The position numbers and the translations under genes were made by a program. A DNA stretch of 64,000 nucleotides, from NCBI GenBank assembly GCA_965367815.1, contig CBDUKN010000012.1, positions 11,595 to 75,594 of the forward strand. The letters are read 5' to 3'. The stretch comes from an uncultured Thermoprotei archaeon. GTDB taxonomy: Archaea > Thermoproteota > Thermoprotei > Thermofilales > B15-G2. The notes beneath the pieces are model-generated. The model made no database searches. It was not told the origin of the DNA and saw only the letters and a program-made list of their open reading frames with translations. Positions 58,042 to 64,000 of the stretch are shown piece by piece (positions within the stretch are counted from its first letter, which is position 1; every line of letters begins with the position of its first letter).

Positions 58042-58762
58042 ATATAATTTTAACAGATTTAATGTAGTCTTCTAGCAAATATCCTCTATCTTCTGCAATG
58101 TAGTGGAAGTGCTTTACTTCGAGCGGATCTACGCCTATTTCTCTTGAAGCCACAATATCTACTGCTAACGCGTCTTCGCTTACTAAAATGCTACCAGGTA
58201 CTTCAACAATATTTAAAGCAGGCTTAATTACTTTAGCTATATCCGCCACTACTTTATCCATTCCGAGCGGATGATAGCGCAAATACTTGTGCTTAGCTGA
58301 AACTAGCCCAAAGAGATTTTTAAGAGCTATAGTGACTCTCGTAGAAGGATGTGTACCTGCCCTAGCTACATTCACTAAAGGAAAATCGAGTACAATGCGT
58401 GAAACAGGTATTTTCCTTAAAGCTCTGCCCTCAGGTACGCTTACTTTAACTACATCGAAATTAGTTAAGTCGAGAAACTTTACTCTTGGATTGTCTTTAA
58501 AAAGCTCAACGTAGCCTAGCTCACGGAACCTATTCATTGGCTTATACATAGTGCTTTCAGTTTCGACCAGCACTACTTTCTCTGATAATTCGCTAAAGTA
58601 CTCGACAACAGTCTTCATAAGCAAGTGTGAAGGAGGATAAAAGCCGCAGACATTAGGCTTAATTAAAACTCTAGTATATGGGCCAGTAAAGCCTTTCTCT
58701 AAGAAAATATCCTTAAGTAAAGCTATTTTACCGGAAGAAATCTTATACACTATCATCTTCAC
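58034..58762 (-). CDS. DUF362 domain protein
   Basis: VLIKPN, TH....T.ALKNLFG and D.LAVD motifs. Confidence 0.8.
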   Translation of the reverse strand: MKMIVYKISSGKIALLKDIFLEKGFTGPYTRVLIKPNVCGFYPPSHLLMKTVVEYFSELSEKVVLVETESTMYKPMNRFRELGYVELFKDNPRVKFLDLTNFDVVKVSVPEGRALRKIPVSRIVLDFPLVNVARAGTHPSTRVTIALKNLFGLVSAKHKYLRYHPLGMDKVVADIAKVIKPALNIVEVPGSILVSEDALAVDIVASREIGVDPLEVKHFHYIAEDRGYLLEDYIKSVKIISK

Positions 58763-58819
58763 TAATATTATTTCTACAGAAGACTCTATAATACTATCTA
58801 GGTCGTTTACTTTGCTATG

Positions 58820-59404
58820 CTATTGAGTATGAATCGCTACATATATAATGTATTCATTTACTTTCTTAGCAATAGTTTTTGAAGGAATTTGTCTATTCAG
58901 AAATATTTTTACTTTATATACGGTATCTGATATAGTTATAGACTTCTTACCTTTATATACTCTTAATTCCTGTTCCTTAGCAATCTTTATTATAGAATCA
59001 ATATCAGGACATACAAGTTTTAAGTATCCTGGCAAATAGTTTACTTTTAAAACATCATCTATTAGAATTGCTTGGGCAGAGTGGCCTACAATAATACCTT
59101 TGGTTACTATAGGCATAAAATATTCAGGTAAAGCTAAGAGCCCCGCCTGTCTGACTCTATTTAGTAGATATTGCTTATCAAGTTCAACCCATTTCTATGC
59201 AAGTATTTTCTTGAGATCACTAATATCTTTATGCTCACAAGACATTACTTTTAAAACTACTAGATTCTCTAAAGAAGATATTTTAGTCTCACGTCCTAAG
59301 TCTACTCCATGGAAAATAATACTTCGGGTACCTATCATGTATACTTCAAGTCCTGCCGAAGTCATTATTTTAACTAATTCTTTGACTATATTTTCTTGAC
59401 TCAT
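58820..59404 (-). pseudogene. Internally deleted nucleotidyltransferase remnant in frame with a downstream hypothetical ORF
   Basis: 59195-59404 and 58820-59116 are one frame split by TAG: ...VYMIGTRSIIFHG..RETK|ISSLENLVVLK...KDISDLKKILA*KWVELDKQYLLNRVRQAGL...; the catalytic DxD core is missing. Confidence 0.55.
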
Positions 59405-59477
59405 TACTCACAATAGATATTAAGGACTAATTACTATGCATATCCTTAGTGTTTTATATAGTCTTTAAGTATTTTAT

Positions 59478-60770
59478 TTGATGGAGAATAAGAGAGGTAT
59501 TGTTAAAATAAAGCCTGTTTTTATTGGACTATACCACTACGAGTATAGTTACGGTAGCGTATGTTCACCCGACGTTAAAGGTACTCCTCAAATTCCTCAG
59601 CTTCCCGAGGAAGAGCTTTTAAAGAGAGCTAAAGCAATGGTTGAAGACTTTAAGCAAAATATAGGATTAGATTTCGTTGAAGTAGACGAACCTTTTATTG
59701 TGAGAAAACAAAGTGATTTGAGGCGTTTTTTGAGCGAACTAACGTACGATACTGACGCTCTTTTAGTGGGCTCTCTTGGCTGCGCTCCACTAGAGCTACG
59801 GACCTTAAAGCTATACGGGCTCCCTATAGTCAATAAATATGTTTCCGAGAGTTTTCTGAGAGCACTTAGAGTAAAGAAGTATTTGAAAGAAAGCCGGTTC
59901 CTCTATATAGGTGAAATACCTTCTTTCTCGGCTCCTAACGGTCCGTGGGACTTCTATGAAATAGAGAAGAAGCTAGGTATTAGAGCCAAGCACGTCGATA
60001 TGAGCGAGTTCTTTAGAGTATTTAAGAGCATACCAGATGACCAAGCTAAGAAAGTACTTGAAGCATGGAAAAAAGATTTCGCTGAAATAGTTGAGCCCGG
60101 CGAAGAAGAGTTACTTGACGCAGCTAAAATATACTTGACACTACGCCTTCTCTGCGAGGAAGAAGACGCTAACGCTGTTACAATTAACTGCGGCAGATTC
60201 ACCGAAGAATCAGCATTTCACTGCAAGAGACCCGTTGTGCCGTGCATGGCTTTCAACAGACTAATAGACGAAGGAATCATGTGCGCGTGTGAAGGAGACA
60301 TAACGGCTACAATATCAGCTCTAATACTTCACGCAGTCAGCGGGCAACCAGTACTCATGGGTAACTTCGGGTATAAGCCCGGTATGTTCGAGGCAAAAGA
60401 GGGAGAAGTCACTATAGAGCACGATATAATACCTCTTTCAATGGCTTCAACCAAGTACCGTGTAAGAGACTACCACGGAAGAAAGTTCGGTGTAACAGCT
60501 TACGCTGATATAAAGAAAAAGCAGCCAATTACACTACTCAACGTAGACACTTCTCTGGAGAAAATGACTGTTATAGAAGGATGGACTAAGTACAGTGTAG
60601 ACGGCATACATTGCCGCATAATAATACACATAGACGTTAAGGGAGATGTAAACAAAATACCAGAAATCCTAGTAGGGTCTCAGCATATATCTATGACTTA
60701 CGGCCACTGGCTTGAATCACTCCTAGAGACAGGACGCTTACTCGGAATGAAAGTATTACACCTCAGCTAG
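59478..60770 (+). CDS. L-fucose/L-arabinose isomerase family protein (divergent)
   Basis: AVTINC, PCMAF..L.DEG..CACEGD, MGN, CR and QHISMTYG motifs. Confidence 0.75.
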   Translation: MMENKRGIVKIKPVFIGLYHYEYSYGSVCSPDVKGTPQIPQLPEEELLKRAKAMVEDFKQNIGLDFVEVDEPFIVRKQSDLRRFLSELTYDTDALLVGSLGCAPLELRTLKLYGLPIVNKYVSESFLRALRVKKYLKESRFLYIGEIPSFSAPNGPWDFYEIEKKLGIRAKHVDMSEFFRVFKSIPDDQAKKVLEAWKKDFAEIVEPGEEELLDAAKIYLTLRLLCEEEDANAVTINCGRFTEESAFHCKRPVVPCMAFNRLIDEGIMCACEGDITATISALILHAVSGQPVLMGNFGYKPGMFEAKEGEVTIEHDIIPLSMASTKYRVRDYHGRKFGVTAYADIKKKQPITLLNVDTSLEKMTVIEGWTKYSVDGIHCRIIIHIDVKGDVNKIPEILVGSQHISMTYGHWLESLLETGRLLGMKVLHLS

Positions 60771-61005
60771 GCGGAGGAGTTCCTCTTTTAACTTCCTTAT
60801 TCTATTTTCTTTTTCAGCAATCTGCTTCTCAATACTCTCCATTTTTTAAGATCTCAATTACATCAGGATCTGGAGGCGCACCTTTCTTAAACTTTTCGTA
60901 AATAATGTATCCGACCTTCTCAGCTTCTTCATCCATTTTCTTCTTCAAATTAGTTATCTCAACTACTTTACCTAAGCCCGCTTTTATCTTTTCTATTATC
61001 GACAT
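60756..61005 (-). pseudogene. Small coiled-coil protein split by a frameshift in an A6 run (60842-60847)
   Basis: MSIIEKIK...DVIEILK, then the +1 frame continues MESIEKQIAEKENRIRKLKEELLRLAEV*. Confidence 0.55.
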
Positions 61006-61192
61006 AGCAATCACCTATAAATGGTATAAAAAAGTATTTAAAAATTATTTAGACTACAGTTGCCTAAAGCTAACTAGACAATTCTTTAAAGTAGTTGACT
61101 AGCACAAATAAGCCTTAATTATTACTCCAAAATATTTATCCAAAGAATCCTAAAAACGCGAACCTGCGTCATATTGCTGTTTACTTAAATCA

Positions 61193-61237
61193 ATTTTGTT
61201 TTGCGAGAAAAGTTTTGAATATTTTGTTTGCGAGAAA
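61193..61237 (+). repeat. Near-perfect 17/18-bp direct repeat in the sulfatase promoter
   Basis: ATTTTGTTTTGCGAGAAA (61193-61210) and ATTTTGTTTGCGAGAAA (61221-61237). Confidence 0.7.
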
Positions 61238-61243
61238 TTATTT

Positions 61244-62632
61244 ATGAAGCCTAATGTAATTCTCATAATAATGGATGTTCAGAGAGCAAGTAACTTCCAC
61301 TGCTATGGCTACGAGAAAGAAACTACACCAAGCATAGATAAAGTAGCGAAAGAGGGAACAATTTTCCTCAACTGCATTTCTCCCGGAGTATGGACTCTGC
61401 CTTCCCATGCCTCGATTTTTACAGGGCGCTATGTTTACGGCCACGGCGTAGGAGCCCGCTATAACTACAAGCCTGTCGAAAAATACACATTAACTGAAAT
61501 CTTTAAGGCTAAAGGCTACCGTACAGCAGGCTTCTGTAACAAAGGACACTGGTGGGCTAGATACGGTATTAGAGACGATAGAGGATTCGATGAATTTTAT
61601 ACATTCACTTTCTCTTCGCTAGAAGAATGGGTTGAAGTAGGCTCTAGTAAAGAAATATCAGCTGCCATTGAATGGATTAAAAGAAACAAAACACGCCCCT
61701 TCTTTGTTTTCATCAACTGCCTAGAACCACACTTACCATATATACCGCCGGAAGAATTCATTAAGAAATTCGCAGGAGACTTGAGTCTAGAGGAAGCTAA
61801 GAAAATACAGCCAAACATATGGAAAGTAAGAATGGGATTAGAGAAGGTAAGCGAAGAACGCTGGAAGAAGCTGAGAGCACTCTACGACGGAGAAACAGCA
61901 TGCCTCGACTATAGACTAGGAAAACTCTTCACATTCCTAGAAGAAGAAAATCTAATGGACAAAACAATACTAATTATCACTAGCGATCATGGAGACGAAC
62001 AAGGAGAACACTATCCTCCTCACATAGCACATCAACTACACCTATATCAGCCCGGTATACACGTCCCACTTATAATAAGACACCCTGAAATCTTTCCACA
62101 GAAAGAAAAAATAGAGTCACTCGTACAGACACACGATATTTTCCCAACACTACTAGAAGTACTTGAAGTAAAGAGCATAGATGTGTGGAAACAGTGCCAG
62201 GCAGTAAGCCTCTTTAACGCCCTCAAAGGACAAGAAAGAGAATACGCGCTAGCAGAGTACCAGAAACCACTACTAGCATTCGAGAGAATGCTAAACATTG
62301 ATCCTGACTACGATTTCAGAAAATGGTACAAGAGCATTAAAGCACTCATAGTAGACGAATACAAGTACATATGGTACTCTACAGGAGAGGAAGAACTCTA
62401 CAATCTAAAAGAAGATCCACTAGAACAAAATAATTTAGCTGACATAGAAACAGGGAAAGTAAAAGAAATGAGGAAAAAGCTCTACAGTATACTATTCTCG
62501 TTAGACCAAAGAGACTTAGGAGACCTTGTACAAGGCTCAGAAGACAACATAAGAAAGCTAGAAAAACTAGGATACATTAGGAGGCTAAAGCCTTACGAAA
62601 AAGAGCCAGTAATGAAAGGCATGTCGCCCTAA
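61244..62632 (+). CDS. Sulfatase-family hydrolase, Thr-type motif (start ATG 61244)
   Basis: KPNVILIIMD, WTLPSHASIFTG, EPHLPY, TSDHG, HVPLII, ELYNL..DP.E and LEKLGY motifs. Confidence 0.9.
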   Translation: MKPNVILIIMDVQRASNFHCYGYEKETTPSIDKVAKEGTIFLNCISPGVWTLPSHASIFTGRYVYGHGVGARYNYKPVEKYTLTEIFKAKGYRTAGFCNKGHWWARYGIRDDRGFDEFYTFTFSSLEEWVEVGSSKEISAAIEWIKRNKTRPFFVFINCLEPHLPYIPPEEFIKKFAGDLSLEEAKKIQPNIWKVRMGLEKVSEERWKKLRALYDGETACLDYRLGKLFTFLEEENLMDKTILIITSDHGDEQGEHYPPHIAHQLHLYQPGIHVPLIIRHPEIFPQKEKIESLVQTHDIFPTLLEVLEVKSIDVWKQCQAVSLFNALKGQEREYALAEYQKPLLAFERMLNIDPDYDFRKWYKSIKALIVDEYKYIWYSTGEEELYNLKEDPLEQNNLADIETGKVKEMRKKLYSILFSLDQRDLGDLVQGSEDNIRKLEKLGYIRRLKPYEKEPVMKGMSP

Positions 62633-62668
62633 CCGTCAACAATATTTAAGCAGAAACTCTAGTAACAT

Positions 62669-63394
62669 ATGATAATAATGAGGCTATGGGAAATCATAGG
62701 GAAAAAGTTTGATGAAATAGAAAAGAAGGTAGCAGTACTACCCGTAGGAAGCATCGAGAGACACGGAGACCACTTACCCTTAGGCACAGACACAATTATA
62801 GCAGAATACATTGGAGAAAAAATAGCCTCAGTAAGAAAAGACACAGTTCTCCTCCCGCCAGTATACTACGGCTCATGTAGAGGATTAAGAGACTTCCCCG
62901 GAACCTGGGATATAGATCCAAATATATTATATAGGTATATCTTAAACATAATCCTTGAAGCCGCCAGACACGGATTCAAGCTAATAGTCATAGTAAACGG
63001 CCACGGAGGAAACATAAGTATACTTAAGTTAGCTGCCCGAGAAGCAGCCTTCAAAACAGACATAGGAGTAATAGTCATAAACTGGTGGACAGACTTAGCA
63101 CAAGAAACTCGAGACAAACTATTCACTAAGCCAGGTCACGCAGGAGAAGACGAAACAAGCGTAATGCTGGCTATAAACTCTAGTCTAGTTGACATGAATT
63201 ACGCTAAAGACGTTGAAACAGAATATCCTTCAATCAAAATATATTCTAATAAAATGGAAAAAAGCATTTACTCAGAAGCATTAACTGGAGCAGCTACAAA
63301 AGCTTCTAAAGAAAAGGGCGCAGAGTGGCTTAAAGCAATAGTCGACCACTTAAACAAAATAATAGATGAAACATTAATACTTCTAGAAAAATAA
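62669..63394 (+). CDS. Creatininase family amidohydrolase
   Basis: PVGSIERHGDHLPLGTD, NGHGGN and HAGEDETS motifs. Confidence 0.9.
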   Translation: MIIMRLWEIIGKKFDEIEKKVAVLPVGSIERHGDHLPLGTDTIIAEYIGEKIASVRKDTVLLPPVYYGSCRGLRDFPGTWDIDPNILYRYILNIILEAARHGFKLIVIVNGHGGNISILKLAAREAAFKTDIGVIVINWWTDLAQETRDKLFTKPGHAGEDETSVMLAINSSLVDMNYAKDVETEYPSIKIYSNKMEKSIYSEALTGAATKASKEKGAEWLKAIVDHLNKIIDETLILLEK

Positions 63395-63582
63395 AATTTT
63401 AAAGTTTTTAACAAGCCCTCAATACATAATAGATAACATAGAGCATATATATGGAAAATATCTACAGCTCTTAACTCTGTAACTAAAGCAGTATCAAGAC
63501 CAGCCCCTAGAGCCCATATAATCAAAGCTAAATAATAGACAACACTCCAAATAGAACATTATAAAAATCATTTTTAAATAGT

Positions 63583-63900
63583 TTAAGGTCTTTTAAGTAA
63601 GCTTCTTATCAACTCAAATAACGTAAATGCTACATCCTTTTTGGCTATTAAAAACAACTCCATGTTCTTGTCTTTTTGCCCAATAATGGCTTCTCCTTCC
63701 TCAGTCTCAAAAATAACTCTAGTTGCCTTAAACTCTCTAATAAGTTCACGAAGTCTATCTACGATTTCCGGCTTTTTGCACATACCGCTCCAGAAAACAA
63801 GTTTATCGTCTTCAAAGACAGCCAAGTAAGTAATATTTTCGTAGCCTATAATATCCATTATTTTGCTTACAGTGTCTGCATCTTTATCAGATACTGTCAT
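63583..63900 (-). CDS. Small alpha/beta protein, possibly roadblock/longin/profilin-like
   Basis: 105 aa with a helix, two strands (ITYLAVF, KLVFW), a helix, three strands (RVIFETEEG, AIIG, LFLIAK) and a helix; SD-like AGTGAT upstream. Confidence 0.5.
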   Translation of the reverse strand: MTVSDKDADTVSKIMDIIGYENITYLAVFEDDKLVFWSGMCKKPEIVDRLRELIREFKATRVIFETEEGEAIIGQKDKNMELFLIAKKDVAFTLFELIRSLLKRP

Positions 63901-63924
63901 TTAATCACTGCTACTTAACAGCAA

Positions 63925-63999
63925 CTACTCTGGATATATTTTTATTCTGCATGTTGTGTATCCTGTTGCCCAGCAGTGTGTTTCTATTGCGTGGTGTTG
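63925..63999 (-). CDS. C-terminus of a V4R-domain-like protein entering from the right edge
   Basis: Not in the ORF track. QHHAIETHCWATGYTTCRIKIYPE* matches the V4R C-terminal E..C...G...C.F.I pattern. Confidence 0.6.
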   Translation of the reverse strand, partial: QHHAIETHCWATGYTTCRIKIYPE

Positions 64000-64000
64000 T

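Noticed and set aside
11958-59197. Stop-codon reassignment (TAG as pyrrolysine, or TAA readthrough) explaining the in-frame stops
   Set aside because: The interrupting stops are a mix of TAA, TAG and TGA and co-occur with frameshifts. Many intact genes end at TAG (e.g. 4372, 11289, 49975) or TAA at their expected C-termini.
60841-60847. A-AAA-AAT heptamer like the Sulfolobus fucA1 programmed -1 frameshift site
   Set aside because: The plausible coiled-coil continuation is in the +1 frame; the -1 frame stops after 14 codons. The GH29 gene in this window is itself uninterrupted.
2698-63918. Numerous 60-146 aa ORFs antisense or out of frame within longer genes (e.g. 25686-26126, 15621-15962, 44386-44712, 46377-46709)
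   Set aside because: They are shadows of well-supported genes and carry no motifs.
1-64000. Provirus, IS element, tRNA or rRNA
   Set aside because: No integrase, transposase or capsid genes, terminal inverted repeats or GC-rich structured RNA segments were seen by eye.

Overview
AT-rich, gene-dense archaeal chromosome segment. TATA boxes 22-33 nt upstream of start codons, MNT-HEPN and VapBC modules, DUF234-type archaeal ATPases and a Cdc48-like N domain suggest a heterotrophic Thermoproteota organism, possibly Thermofilales-like; this assignment is inference. I found no rRNA, tRNA, CRISPR array, integrase or transposase. The window is an accessory region with three main contents. (i) Carbohydrate and ester scavenging enzymes: GH29 fucosidase, GH65, GxGYxYP hydrolase, two fucose/arabinose-isomerase-family proteins, FGGY kinase, class I aldolase, sulfatase and several phosphoesterases. 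(ii) At least five toxin-antitoxin modules. (iii) Many decaying pseudogenes that the ORF track misses or splits. The most striking element is a small GTPase at 52187-52885 with intact G1-G5 boxes, all five RabF-like motifs and an N-terminal helical add-on. About 11 kb away, at the window edge, a V4R-like gene precedes a roadblock/longin-sized gene, which is reminiscent of Rab plus TRAPP/longin building blocks; that link is inference. Other notable items are an ATPase-less Cdc48-N protein, a giant inactive-M28/FtsX membrane protein with a broken paralog, a PIN toxin flanked by two antitoxin paralogs sharing a perfect 80-bp tract, a VapBC module sitting between a GH65 3' end and a decayed copy of it, and palindromic 15-bp repeats across an ATPase start codon. 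All family calls come from motif recognition by eye; no database searches were run.
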